Notes: generated by a model from the sequence alone, not told the origin. A stretch of 64,000 nucleotides of DNA from Pseudomonadota bacterium (GCA_039816045.1 JBCBYB010000009.1:55791-119790), one strand, 5' to 3'. Counted from the stretch's first letter, positions 1 to 9,765 are shown. Made by a program: numbers and translations.

Positions 1-1770
1 CAGCGGGCTGCCGCTGACGAGGAACTCGACGCCCTTGCTGTCGGCCTCGTCGCTCGCGGTGAAGAAGCCGGGCGCATCGGCGGCCAGATCGGGCAGCGCG
101 CGGTTGCGGTCCTGGATCAGATAGGCCGAGGCCTGCGTGATCAGCGCTCCGCCGAAGTGCTCGGTCTTCACGCCCACCTCGAATTGGCGGCCCTGGCGCG
201 GCTGGAGCGTGGCGCCATCGCTGCTCTGCTCGGTCTGGGGCTGGAAGATCTCGGCATAGCTGCCATAGACCGTCACATTGTCGAGCACATCGACGGTGAG
301 CCCCGCATAGGGGGCGAAGTCCGTCTCGTCGAACTCCGTCCTGATCCCGCGGCCCGTGTCGGTCGTCTCACTGTCGAAGATGCTGAACCGGCCGCCAAGG
401 TTGAGCTTCACCCGGTCGGTAATCTCGATCCGGCCCTGGGCGTAGAGGCCCGTTTCATTCTGCACCGTCTCGGTGTTCAGCCGGAACCCCGGCCCGACAC
501 CGGGAAAGGTGATCTGCGGCTTGTCGAACGCCCGCGGGTCGAAGTCGAAGATGTTCACGGTCCCGGGCGAGAAGTCGAAGTTCTGCTCAAAGCCCTGCTC
601 GGTCCGGCGATAGTCGACCCCCGCCACGATCTCGACGGGCCGGTCGAAGACGGTGAAGGGTGAGGTCAGGTTGGCGTCCGCGTAATACGCGGTCTGCTCG
701 AACTCGCGCGCGAAGAAGAAGACGTCGAAGTCGCCGGTTTCCCGCTCGACCGGTTTGAGGCCCAGCAGGTTCAGGAGCGAGGCCGACTGGTCGAAGACGC
801 GCCCCGTGAGCTTGGCCACGCCGCCATAGGCAAACTCGTGCTCGAGCTCTACAAAGCCCTCGCGATTCGGGATCTCGGCGTCGTTCTCATCCGAGCCGAT
901 GAACGTGTCTCGGTCGATGTCGATTAGATCGCCATCCTCGAAGGTCGGCAGGCCCGAGAACCTAAGCGCGTTGGTGTATTCGAGAATTCCGCCGGCCGAG
1001 AGCGTCGTGTGCTCTCCGAGATCGAGCTCGATGGTGCCGAAGACGCCCGCCTGATCCTGCTCGGTGAAGGCGACATTGCTGTCCTGGTGCTCGCCGTAAG
1101 CGGCGATGCGCGCGCGGATCGTGCCGGCCTCGTTGAGCGCGCCGCCGATATCGCCCTCGAGCCTGTAGCCGCCGAGGGTGTCACCCGAGGCGCCGAACAG
1201 CATCTGGAGCTCGTCCGTCGGCCGTTTGCGCACGAGATTGAGGGTGCCGACCGGCTCGCCCGAGCCCTGGAACACGCCCGAGGGTCCGGACATCAGCTCG
1301 AACCGGTCGAAGAAGAAGAGATCTGGCGCCGTGCCGTAAATGCTGAGGAACGGCCGCGGCGCACCGTCGACGAAGTACTGGAAGACCTCTTGGCCGCGGG
1401 TGTAGAGCGAGCCGGAGAAGCCATCCCCCGTCGCCTCCGAGAGGGAGGGGATGAGACGCGCCGCGTCCTCGATCGAGTCCACGCCGAAATCATCGAGCGC
1501 CTGACGCGGCAAGACAATCACGGTCTGCGGGATGTCGCGCCGGTCTTGGGGCTGCTTGCCGCCGACGGTCGCGCGCTCCCAGGCATAGCTGTCCTGGCCC
1601 TCCGTGATCACGCCCGGATCGCCTTCGACGGTGATCGGCGCCAGCACCGTGACGTCCTGCGCGTGACCCCAGGCTGTGGGTATGAGGACAGCCAGCACGG
1701 CAATTGCGGAAGGGAGGGCGATGTGCCGGCGCGCGCGCCACGGACTGCGATGACAAGAACGGCGGTTCAT
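1..1770 (-). CDS. TonB-dependent siderophore receptor (FhuE/FpvA-like); 3' end runs off the window
   Basis: Not in the ORF track (no stop in window). Manual translation from ATG 1770 (GGAGG RBS) gives a signal peptide, AQDVTVLAPITVEG (TonB-box-like), DIPQTVIVLPRQALDD and a plug motif FDRFELMSGPSGVFQGSGEPVGTLNLVRKRP. Confidence 0.92.
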   Translation of the reverse strand, partial: MNRRSCHRSPWRARRHIALPSAIAVLAVLIPTAWGHAQDVTVLAPITVEGDPGVITEGQDSYAWERATVGGKQPQDRRDIPQTVIVLPRQALDDFGVDSIEDAARLIPSLSEATGDGFSGSLYTRGQEVFQYFVDGAPRPFLSIYGTAPDLFFFDRFELMSGPSGVFQGSGEPVGTLNLVRKRPTDELQMLFGASGDTLGGYRLEGDIGGALNEAGTIRARIAAYGEHQDSNVAFTEQDQAGVFGTIELDLGEHTTLSAGGILEYTNALRFSGLPTFEDGDLIDIDRDTFIGSDENDAEIPNREGFVELEHEFAYGGVAKLTGRVFDQSASLLNLLGLKPVERETGDFDVFFFAREFEQTAYYADANLTSPFTVFDRPVEIVAGVDYRRTEQGFEQNFDFSPGTVNIFDFDPRAFDKPQITFPGVGPGFRLNTETVQNETGLYAQGRIEITDRVKLNLGGRFSIFDSETTDTGRGIRTEFDETDFAPYAGLTVDVLDNVTVYGSYAEIFQPQTEQSSDGATLQPRQGRQFEVGVKTEHFGGALITQASAYLIQDRNRALPDLAADAPGFFTASDEADSKGVEFLVSGSPL

Positions 1771-1785
1771 CTGACCCTCCAATTG

Positions 1786-1802
1786 TTGACTCAACAAGTC
1801 GG
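1786..1802. promoter_or_regulatory. Iron-Rhodo-box-like operator between divergent TBDR and AraC genes
   Basis: TTGAC-TCAACAA-GTCGG fits the TGAC-N7-GTCA consensus of the Rhodobacteraceae Iron-Rhodo (IscR) box; 16 bp upstream of the receptor ATG. Confidence 0.6.
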
Positions 1803-1869
1803 ATACTCCCACAGTGGTCCCGTTAGTGCCTTCGCGCAGGCGCCACAAACCTTCGAGGATCGGTCAGAC

Positions 1870-2850
1870 ATGCCCGAGGAGACCGCCCATCCGGCCTTCG
1901 CGACGCCCAAGAGCGCCGGCCCAGAGAGCTCTCGGCCGCTCGTGCCCGCCTATGACGCACAGGCGCTCTCGCGGCATCTTGACGGCCCGATCCACACGGT
2001 CAGCGAGGGCCAGGGCATCCACATCCACACCACGGATGCCGTCGCTTGGGAGGACTTCGACGTGCGCTTCGCGGTCGCGCCGAGCGTCAAGCTCTTCGTC
2101 GTGCTCGAAGGCTCGATTGAGATCCAGATCGACGGCCGCTGCATCGTCATCGGCGGTGAGGACGCGGCGGTTGCCGAGCTTATCGCCTTCCCGAGTGCGA
2201 CGACCATCACCCGGATCTGCCGGCGCGGGGAGCGCGTGCGCAAGGCCGTCGTCACGGTCCAGCGGAGCTGGTTCGCGCGCCAGCAGGCGAGCGGGGCGGA
2301 GATACCCTCGGACTTAACTGCTTTCCTCGACCGGCCCTGCGCGTCTCTGCAATGGGTGCCGTCGGCGCGGATGCTGCGGGACGCGGAGGGGATTATCAAC
2401 GGCGTCGCCGAAGGCTCGCTACTGTTCCGGATTGCCTCGGAGCGCATGGCCCTCGATCTCCTGGCGGAGGCGCTCTCGCAGTTCGACGACACGCCGGCGC
2501 CGGCGATCGATGCGCCCGGCTGCCCGGCCCGCATGGCCGAGATCCGGCAACGGCTGAAGGAGCGCTGTTCGGAGACCTTCTCGATATCGTCCTTCGCGCG
2601 CGAGGTGGGGATGTCGGAACGCTCGCTGCAGCGGGCTTTTCGCAGTTCCACAGGGATGGCGGTTGCCGCCTATGTGCGCCGCTGTCGGTTGGAGCGGGCT
2701 CGGGCGGCCCTGGCAGAGGATGCGGTCTCCGTCACTGAGGCCGCCGCAATGGCGGGCTACGCGACGCCGTCGAGCTTCGCCACGGCCTTTGCCCGTCAGT
2801 ATGGCGCGCCGCCGTCGCAAGCGCGGTCCGTAGTGTCGAAGGCCCGCTAG
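1870..2850 (+). CDS. AraC-family transcriptional regulator (PchR/YbtA-like)
   Basis: C-terminal double HTH (SISSFAREVGMSERSLQRAF...SVTEAAAMAGYATPSSFATAFARQYG). Start set at MPEETAH because the upstream part of ORF 1009..2850 is antisense to the receptor. Confidence 0.92.
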   Translation: MPEETAHPAFATPKSAGPESSRPLVPAYDAQALSRHLDGPIHTVSEGQGIHIHTTDAVAWEDFDVRFAVAPSVKLFVVLEGSIEIQIDGRCIVIGGEDAAVAELIAFPSATTITRICRRGERVRKAVVTVQRSWFARQQASGAEIPSDLTAFLDRPCASLQWVPSARMLRDAEGIINGVAEGSLLFRIASERMALDLLAEALSQFDDTPAPAIDAPGCPARMAEIRQRLKERCSETFSISSFAREVGMSERSLQRAFRSSTGMAVAAYVRRCRLERARAALAEDAVSVTEAAAMAGYATPSSFATAFARQYGAPPSQARSVVSKAR

Positions 2851-3030
2851 GGCTGACTGCCTCCTGGATGTGCACTGGTTTTGTGATTTACGGCGCGCCC
2901 CTGCCGCCAAGTTCTTTGTGGCTCTATGCCCAGCCCCGACATCCGGGAACGGATCCGCAGCCGAGACTCGTAGGCCGGGCGGATCAGTGCACAGCGACAA
3001 ACTGCCTGACGCAGACTCTGTTGACAGAAT

Positions 3031-3047
3031 CTGACTAAATCAATCAA
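3031..3047. promoter_or_regulatory. Iron-Rhodo-box-like operator
   Basis: CTGACTAAATCAATCAA matches cTGActrawtyagTCAg at 15 of 17 positions; ~100 bp upstream of ORF 3146. Confidence 0.7.
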
Positions 3048-3145
3048 GTATTAAGAACCAAGCTCGGCTCAGCGCTGTTTTCCAGCTCTATCAGCCCCGC
3101 CCGGCACGCTGATGATCCTTCGATCCGCCACCGAGGAGCCGGGCA

Positions 3146-3709
3146 ATGGACGCCAACAAACCAAAACGCTGTACCTGCGACGCTCGGCACACGGGCCGTC
3201 TCGATGCGTGCGGGTTCGATCCGATCGAGCGCACCATCCTCACGGTGGCGCGTCAGGTCTTCGTCGCCTTCACCCAACCTAAGAGCCAGTCATGGATCTG
3301 CGCGTTGGAGACGGCGGAGCGCAGTTTCGCTCCCCCGTTTGGGCCGGCCATCGCACTCGCCACAGTCCGGGCGCTGCAAGCGCTTCGGTCGGCGCGAACT
3401 TCCTGCTTTGTCTTCAGCAACCCGTACTGCGAAACCTGCCGCCACGCGATCACCCAGGAAGAGCGGTTGTTGATCTCGACGTTCAGAGCCGTACAGCAGG
3501 GCAACCGCGCGCAGGCGCTGACCTTTGCCACGATGGTGTGCGAGGGCACGCGTCCCGACCACCTGGTCGATGCGTTCGAGGAGCTCGCCCGCATCCTCGG
3601 CGAAGGCCCGCTTGCGGAGCCTCCGAGCCGGCGCAAGCGGATGTCCTTCCGCTGGCCCGGTATGTCGAGACCTCCTGCGGCTCTCGAGGGGCCGAACGGC
3701 GTGCCCTGA
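3146..3709 (+). CDS. Cys-rich hypothetical protein, probably iron-regulated
   Basis: 187 aa ORF with GGAG RBS, CTC, FSNPYCETC and further Cys; follows an iron box; no family recognised. Confidence 0.75.
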   Translation: MDANKPKRCTCDARHTGRLDACGFDPIERTILTVARQVFVAFTQPKSQSWICALETAERSFAPPFGPAIALATVRALQALRSARTSCFVFSNPYCETCRHAITQEERLLISTFRAVQQGNRAQALTFATMVCEGTRPDHLVDAFEELARILGEGPLAEPPSRRKRMSFRWPGMSRPPAALEGPNGVP

Positions 3710-3757
3710 CGATTGCGCGCCGTGGTGGCTCGTCTGCTCCCACGGCGGCAACCCCGG

Positions 3758-4963
3758 TCACGCAGGCGTGGCGATCTGGCGCGTATGACCGCGCCAGGCA
3801 AGCACACCGCCCAGCAGGGAAAAGAGCACGCACACGATCAGGATCTGGCTGAGGCCCACACGGTCTAGCAGAGCAGTTCCCCCGGCCGCGATCATGAGAA
3901 CTGCGATGGCCTCCAAACTGGCGAAGGTTGCAAAATCGGTGGCCTGACGCCCCTTTCCGCAGAGGCCCATCAGAAGGCTGCGGTTCGCGGTTAAGCCGAC
4001 GTAGACGAGGAAGTTCGCCGCCAGGACCAGCGAGCAGGTAGCCCAGGCGCCGAACCCGCCGACACTCTCGGCCACGACTGTTGCAATCGCGATTGTCGCA
4101 CCTGCAAAGCCGACGGCTCCGAGAACGCGCAGGCCTCCGAAGCGCCGGATCGGCCCGCGAGCCACCAGCGCCCCGAGCATGCCCGTGAGGTTACCAAGCA
4201 CGATGCCGATCAGACCGCTTTCGGCCACCGTGAACCCCGCATCGATCAGCAGGATCGATTTGAAGCTGTAAGGGAGCACGGCGCAGGCCGCCACGAGGAG
4301 CGAAAGCCCGTAGAGCCGCCGCGCCGCCGGTTTGGCAAAGATCGCGAACTGGCTCGCCAGCGACACAGGCACGGCCGGACGCTCAAAGCCGATGTCGAGC
4401 CGCAGCCAGAAAACGATGAGCACGAGGAGCGCGCCGGACAGCAGAGCGACACTCGACACCACGACCGACCAGCCGAGATCGCCGAGACCATAGAGCACCC
4501 CCGCTCCGAGCAAGATGCCGGCGAGCGTGGCCCCGACCGCCTGTGTCGACGCGCCGCTTGCGTAGTCGACCGGTCGCAACTGCTGGATCATCAGACCGGA
4601 GGTCGCGGTCTGCTGCGTGCCGACCGCCACCATCGTGCAGAACATCGCCGCGATCAGCGGGGCGACAGCGCCGCCCGGATCTCCGAACGCCAGACCGCAG
4701 ATCAGGACCGCAGAGGCCACCTGTCCGCCGAGGATCCATGTCCCGAAGGGCCCAAACCGCGGACCGCCGTAGCGGTCGATCAGCGGCCCCCAGAGAAAGC
4801 GCAGAGCAAACGGGATGGCCGCCAGATAGGTCAGCGTGACTGCATCTGCGCTCTGCCCGGCATCCCTCAGGAAGAGAGGGACGCCGTGGATCATGAACTG
4901 CCCGAGGATCGCCTGGGAGAACGACAGGACGCCGACGATCCGCAGGACGGCCTTGGGCTCCAT
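3758..4963 (-). CDS. MFS permease, RhtX/FptX/AmpG-like siderophore transporter
   Basis: About 12 hydrophobic segments; GVPLFLRDAG, LRFLWGPLIDRYG and TQQTAT motifs; directly downstream of the TBDR. Confidence 0.9.
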   Translation of the reverse strand: MEPKAVLRIVGVLSFSQAILGQFMIHGVPLFLRDAGQSADAVTLTYLAAIPFALRFLWGPLIDRYGGPRFGPFGTWILGGQVASAVLICGLAFGDPGGAVAPLIAAMFCTMVAVGTQQTATSGLMIQQLRPVDYASGASTQAVGATLAGILLGAGVLYGLGDLGWSVVVSSVALLSGALLVLIVFWLRLDIGFERPAVPVSLASQFAIFAKPAARRLYGLSLLVAACAVLPYSFKSILLIDAGFTVAESGLIGIVLGNLTGMLGALVARGPIRRFGGLRVLGAVGFAGATIAIATVVAESVGGFGAWATCSLVLAANFLVYVGLTANRSLLMGLCGKGRQATDFATFASLEAIAVLMIAAGGTALLDRVGLSQILIVCVLFSLLGGVLAWRGHTRQIATPA

Positions 4964-4964
4964 C

Positions 4965-7064
4965 TCAGAAGCGCAGCGTCAGGGTGACACCGGCCAGCAG
5001 GGGCTCGGTCACGTCGACAAAGGTGTTGCCGGCCAAGCGCCGAGTGATGCCGTCCGCATTCGTCGCATTGCGCACGAAGGCCCGCAGATCCGCATTGCCG
5101 TAGGAGGCCGTCGCCCCGAGATCGACGATCACATAGTCCCCGACCTCTTGGCCCGGAATGTTGTTGAAGTCGTTCTCGGACTCGCCCCGATACGTCACCC
5201 GCCCGTCGAGCCGCAGCCAGTCCGTCGGCTGATAGGCCGCTCCGAGCGACGCCGTGACCGTCGGATCCTGGCCGAACGAATTGCCCTCGAGCTGCGGCGT
5301 GTTGGCGTCGGCCCTGGTGATCTCGGTCTGCAGGAGGCCGAGGCTTGCATCGAAGGTCAGCACGTCGGTCGCCGCCCAGCGGACCTCGATCTCGGCACCG
5401 AACGACCGGCCGCGGTCCTGGTTGATGATCTGCAGCGTGCCGCGGTTGCCGGGCACGAGCTCGGCAAAGAACTGGGGGTTGTCGAAGTGGTTGTAGAACG
5501 CGGTCGCCCCGAAGGTGAGCCGCGGCGACGACAGCTCGGCGCGATAGGTTGTCTCGGCAGTCCAGACGCGCTCGCTGTCGTACTGATAGGGCTGGCCGTT
5601 GAAGAAGTTGACCGAAGCCCCGCCCGGGTTGTAGCCGCGCCGGATCGAGGCACTCACGACCTGTGCGTCGCTGAGGTGATAGGCGATCCCCACCCGCGGC
5701 AGGATCTCGATATCGGTCTCGGAGAAATCCTGCGCCCCCTCGATCAGCCCCCCGAGCGGCGGGAAGAACACGCTCGATGTCTGCGTCCGATCATCGGCAA
5801 AGCGGAGCAGGCGCGCGCCCGCCTCAAGGGTGATTGCATCGGAGAGGCCATAGCGCAGATCGGCGAACACCGCCTGCGATGAGCTGTCGACCTCGAGCTC
5901 CCCGTTCAGGAGCCCGAAATAGGCGACATCCGAGCGCCGCTCCTCAAAGGCGAGCCCGACCAGCCCTCCGAACTGCCCGGCGGTCAGGCGGTCCTGCGGG
6001 CCGAAGCTCAGCAGAAACTCCTGGCTGTAGATCTGCTCGTCCGCATCGAAGCGGGTCGGCTCGATCTGCTCGGGAACGCTCTCGAACGCGTCGCTGGTGA
6101 AGCCGCTGACGGACTGGAGCTGCCACGGCCCGCGGTCGAGCGTCAGCGTGACGGCCGCGGTCGTCGCGTCCGTGTCGAAGGTGCGGGCCGGGCCTGTGGA
6201 GGTGAAGAGCCGATCGCCCGGGTCCTGACCGAGGCCGGGCCCCTCGACCGTGTTGCGGGTCTGCGGTGTCTGGCCGAACTGGTGCTCCAGCAGCAGCTCG
6301 GCATCGAGATCGCCGAGGCCGGTCTCGAACTCGCCCAGAAGCTTGCCGCGAAGCGCGAGCCGATCGTACTCGGTGATGAAATCGCCTCCTGGTCCGACCA
6401 CATCGCGGGGATCGTCGCCGGCGCCGTATTCGACGGTCAGCCGCCCGGCGACCGTGTCCGTGATCGGACCGGAGACCATGGCGTTGCCGACGTATTCGAC
6501 CCCGTTGAACTCATCGAAGCGGAGCCCGCCTTGGACCGCCGCCTCGGGCACGAAGGTTGGGTCCTTGGTCTCGACGATCACGGCACCGGCAAAGCCCGTC
6601 CGCCCGCGCAACAGGGTCTGCGGGCCGCGAAGCACCTCGACCTGCTCGACATCCCAGAGGCTGGTGAAGCTCGAGTTGGCGATGCTCGCCGGGCGCGCGA
6701 TGCCGTCGCGGATGACCGCCGTCCGCGGCAAGGCCCCGGTGCTGAGCGCCGAGGGCAGACCGCCCGCGCCGCCCCCTTGCACGCCGCGGATCGAGGGGAT
6801 CTCGCTCGGCCCCTCGACAAAGACGTTGGGCGTGCGGGTGACGATGTCGCTGATCACCGTGTCGCCGCCATCGCGCTCGGCCTCGGTGCCCTCGATCACC
6901 GAGACAGCGCCGGTGGTCTCGAGGAGGCTCCGCTCGCGCCGCTCACCGGTCACCGTGAGCTCCGGCAGAACTGTTACCTCCTGCGCCGGGCTGGTAGTTC
7001 CGATCAGGGCCGCAACGCAGAGAGCCCCCGCCCCGCCTGTCCCTCGGGTCTTCGAAAACGCCAT
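4965..7064 (-). CDS. TonB-dependent receptor (FyuA-like)
   Basis: Signal peptide, LPELTVTGERRE TonB box, plug motif DVEQVEVLRGPQTLLRGR, C-terminal beta strand ending LTLRF. Confidence 0.95.
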   Translation of the reverse strand: MAFSKTRGTGGAGALCVAALIGTTSPAQEVTVLPELTVTGERRERSLLETTGAVSVIEGTEAERDGGDTVISDIVTRTPNVFVEGPSEIPSIRGVQGGGAGGLPSALSTGALPRTAVIRDGIARPASIANSSFTSLWDVEQVEVLRGPQTLLRGRTGFAGAVIVETKDPTFVPEAAVQGGLRFDEFNGVEYVGNAMVSGPITDTVAGRLTVEYGAGDDPRDVVGPGGDFITEYDRLALRGKLLGEFETGLGDLDAELLLEHQFGQTPQTRNTVEGPGLGQDPGDRLFTSTGPARTFDTDATTAAVTLTLDRGPWQLQSVSGFTSDAFESVPEQIEPTRFDADEQIYSQEFLLSFGPQDRLTAGQFGGLVGLAFEERRSDVAYFGLLNGELEVDSSSQAVFADLRYGLSDAITLEAGARLLRFADDRTQTSSVFFPPLGGLIEGAQDFSETDIEILPRVGIAYHLSDAQVVSASIRRGYNPGGASVNFFNGQPYQYDSERVWTAETTYRAELSSPRLTFGATAFYNHFDNPQFFAELVPGNRGTLQIINQDRGRSFGAEIEVRWAATDVLTFDASLGLLQTEITRADANTPQLEGNSFGQDPTVTASLGAAYQPTDWLRLDGRVTYRGESENDFNNIPGQEVGDYVIVDLGATASYGNADLRAFVRNATNADGITRRLAGNTFVDVTEPLLAGVTLTLRF

Positions 7065-7086
7065 CGCCGTGTCCCCTGCCGCTTAT

Positions 7087-7103
7087 CTGACTGCTTTTGT
7101 CAA
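7087..7103. promoter_or_regulatory. Iron-Rhodo-box-like operator
   Basis: CTGAC-TGCTTTT-GTCAA, 23 bp upstream of the receptor start. Confidence 0.75.
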
Positions 7104-7171
7104 TTATAGGCAGAGGGCGCAGATCAGGTCTCGGGCGGCAGCCTGTCCGATCGGGCCATTTTCCCGTCAGT

Positions 7172-8134
7172 TCAGACCGGCCTCCCCCGGCGCCGGACCT
7201 CCGTCGGGGTCTCGCCAAAGCGGGACCTGAAAGCCTTGGCCAGCGCCTCGGGCGTGCTGTAGCCGACCGCCTCGGCGACCTTCGAGATGCTGAGCGGGCC
7301 GCTCAGGAGCGCTCGCGCCGCCTGGAGCCGCTGTTCGGACAGATAGGCACCGATCGGTTGGCCGAGCTCCTGGGACGCCGCGCGCTTGAGCGTGGTCGGG
7401 GGCACGCCGAGCTCTGCGGACAGTGCGGCAACAGTCCAGAGCCTCGGGGGATTGCGCGCGATCACCGCGTCGATCTGATCGATGATGCCGGAGGCACTGC
7501 CCTCCGTTCCAAGCGCTGCCGTGAGAAGACAGAGTGCGAGCCCCTCGAGGCGGAGCTTGTCGGGCTCCGGCGGAGCCATGGCCAGCAGGATCTCGCGCGC
7601 CAGGACATGCGCCGCCTGCGGAACCGGCACCAAGCTGCAATGCCGGCTCGCGATCTTCGCCGCGATCCGCTCGGCCGAGGTCGGATCGGACGCCGCGAGG
7701 CTCTCGACGAAGGCCTGGGGGAAGCAGGCGGAGACGACCTCGAAAGCCGGCTGCTCGGGCACGAACACCTGCCAATTGCCGGGCTGCGGCTGGCCGAGGA
7801 CATGCAGCGTCTCGCCATCCAGCTCGATCGGCGGGAAGCCCTCGGATGTCGCACGGGACAGGCCGGTGAGCCGCACCTCCACATAGAGCCCGGGCTCGCT
7901 GGCCGTGACGGTCGATGTCTCTCGGAGACCCCGGAGACTGCCGGACATCAGCCTCACGCCGCTCCGCAGAGTTGCCACCTCGATGCGGCCGCAAGCGATG
8001 GGTCCGCTGTTCGGCCGGGACTGGATCTCGGACGCGAGACTGCGATGCTGGTCGGTCAGGGTGCGCAGCCTGCGAACCGTGATCGACTCCGACCGTGAGG
8101 CAAAGGCCTGCCGCAGACCGCTGTCAGCTCCCAT
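7172..8134 (-). CDS. AraC-family transcriptional regulator
   Basis: HTH motifs WTVAALSAELGVPPTTLKRA and ISKVAEAVGYSTPEALAKAFRSRFGETP; ATG 8134 overlaps the SIP stop. Confidence 0.9.
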   Translation of the reverse strand: MGADSGLRQAFASRSESITVRRLRTLTDQHRSLASEIQSRPNSGPIACGRIEVATLRSGVRLMSGSLRGLRETSTVTASEPGLYVEVRLTGLSRATSEGFPPIELDGETLHVLGQPQPGNWQVFVPEQPAFEVVSACFPQAFVESLAASDPTSAERIAAKIASRHCSLVPVPQAAHVLAREILLAMAPPEPDKLRLEGLALCLLTAALGTEGSASGIIDQIDAVIARNPPRLWTVAALSAELGVPPTTLKRAASQELGQPIGAYLSEQRLQAARALLSGPLSISKVAEAVGYSTPEALAKAFRSRFGETPTEVRRRGRPV

Positions 8135-9188
8135 AACCCGGCACTCCGCGGCGCCAATAGGCAGCACTTATCTGGGTCGTCTTGTCGAGGCCGAGCTCCG
8201 CCTTGAAGTGCGCCCGCAGATCCTGCGCGTTCTGGAACTCCCCGGCAAAAAAGGCGTACCCAGTCCGGCCCCGCGCCGTGAGCGCCGCGGCGCGCTGCAC
8301 GACCTCGCCCTCGAACCGGTCCGGCGCGATCTTGTGCACCCGGAGCGGCGTCTGAGGCAGGTAGTCCGTCGCGTCGGCGTCCGGTGGGAAGGCCACCACC
8401 ACATCTCCGGTCGCCGCCGCGGGCAGGCTCTCGAGGAGGCGCGCCAAGGCCGGCAGACCGGTGCCGTCAGCGGCGAGAAAGAGCCCATCGAAGACCGGCA
8501 GCGTCACCTTGCCGGCCGGGCCCATGACCCCGACCCTTTGCCCCTCGCGCGCCTGCTGCGCCCAGTCGGAGATCAGCCCGCCGGCATGGCGGACGATGTC
8601 GATGTCCACCTCTCCCTCCGAGGGCCGCACATGGCGCAAGGTGATCATGCGCGCGTGCAGCTTGTCCGCGCCACCCGGCCAGACCGGGACGCCGTTCTCG
8701 GCCATCCGCGGCCAGACCGGCACGCGCCCGGGCTCCAGCGGCAGCATGAGCCTCAGATGAATGCCACCATCGGCAAGCGAGACCACGTCATCATGCACAA
8801 GCGTCACCCGCTGCATCCCGGCGAAGACCTCGCGGCTAGCCGTAACCTCCAGAACCTTGAAGTTGGACGGCAGCGCACCGGCGACCGCCGTCTCGCCCGA
8901 CCAGCGGATGTTCGCCGCAGCCGTGGGATCCAGCTCCGCCACGTGGCTCACGATCTCCTCCTTGAAGAAGATCAGAACACCGGGATTGGGCCCCTCGATC
9001 CGCACCTGCAAACCGCTTGGAAGGACATGGAACCTCAGTCCGAACTCGTCCTGGCGAAAGATGCGCGATCCATCGTCGGCCTCGTCGAAGACGATGCCAT
9101 GCTCATCGCGGATGTGGTCGATGAAGAAGCCCATCAGTCGCGATGGATCGGCCACCGGGATAACCGTATCGGACATGGATGTCGGCAT
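8124..9188 (-). CDS. Siderophore-interacting protein (ViuB/FAD-binding) with N-terminal extension (DUF2218-like)
   Basis: MQRVTL, ARMITLRHVR, IDIVRHAGGLISDWA, LAADGTGLPALARLLE, AGEF and YWRRG motifs; ATG 9188 with GAGG RBS. Confidence 0.92.
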   Translation of the reverse strand: MPTSMSDTVIPVADPSRLMGFFIDHIRDEHGIVFDEADDGSRIFRQDEFGLRFHVLPSGLQVRIEGPNPGVLIFFKEEIVSHVAELDPTAAANIRWSGETAVAGALPSNFKVLEVTASREVFAGMQRVTLVHDDVVSLADGGIHLRLMLPLEPGRVPVWPRMAENGVPVWPGGADKLHARMITLRHVRPSEGEVDIDIVRHAGGLISDWAQQAREGQRVGVMGPAGKVTLPVFDGLFLAADGTGLPALARLLESLPAAATGDVVVAFPPDADATDYLPQTPLRVHKIAPDRFEGEVVQRAAALTARGRTGYAFFAGEFQNAQDLRAHFKAELGLDKTTQISAAYWRRGVPGYGS

Positions 9189-9529
9189 GGACAGCCTCTG
9201 TATGGCATGCGGGGGAGCTTGCGGATCGTCACCCGGCCCTGCAAAGGACGCATCGGCACGACGGCTGGCGGGTCTGAAGCTACGCGACAGGTTCTCAGAT
9301 GCCAAGACCGGCAACACCCGACGGCTTTCTCGCAGAAGGTCATGCACCGATTGAGGTTGTTTGGGTGAAGCGGGGCTTTGTGGACGATATCAACCTAGCG
9401 GAACGCTGCGGCGAGCGCTCTGCGTGTTCATTCAAGTCGTGTGATGGCACGAAACCATCATCCGAGGCAGGGGAAGATCTATTGACCATTCGGCCAATCA
9501 GCTGCCCGTCATGCCCGCCCGGATAAAAG

Positions 9530-9709
9530 CTAAAGTGGAGCACCAAACATCGCGTCGATTGCCGAACTGGCGAACGCATGTCGCATAGCCGGACGGGGCT
9601 GGAGGTGCAGCCGCCCACCGGTGAGTTCCGCCACCATGTTCGGAGGCGCATTGAGGACGTCCTGGTAGGTAACAGGTTCCCGGATCTGCCGCTGGATCGC
9701 GTTCATCAT
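9530..9709 (-). pseudogene. Truncated Uma2-family (DUF820) endonuclease, N-terminal fragment
   Basis: Manual translation MMNAIQRQIREPVTYQDVLNAPPNMVAELTGGRLHLQPRPAMRHAFASSAI..., the typical Uma2 N-terminus, stops after 59 aa. Confidence 0.75.
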
Positions 9710-9765
9710 GTTCTTCTGTTGCGCTCAATTCTAGCCGATCCGCCTGATCTTGTCGCGCCCTTGGG

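Noticed and set aside
1009-1869. N-terminal half of the 613-aa AraC ORF, and similar extensions of repA, traC, traN, traF and 59900..63100
   Set aside because: They overlap genuine genes or iterons; better RBS-supported downstream starts exist.
2869-2993. 125-bp segment bounded by TGTGCACTG/CAGTGCACA as a MITE
   Set aside because: Only a 9-bp IR, no target duplication and no second copy in the window.
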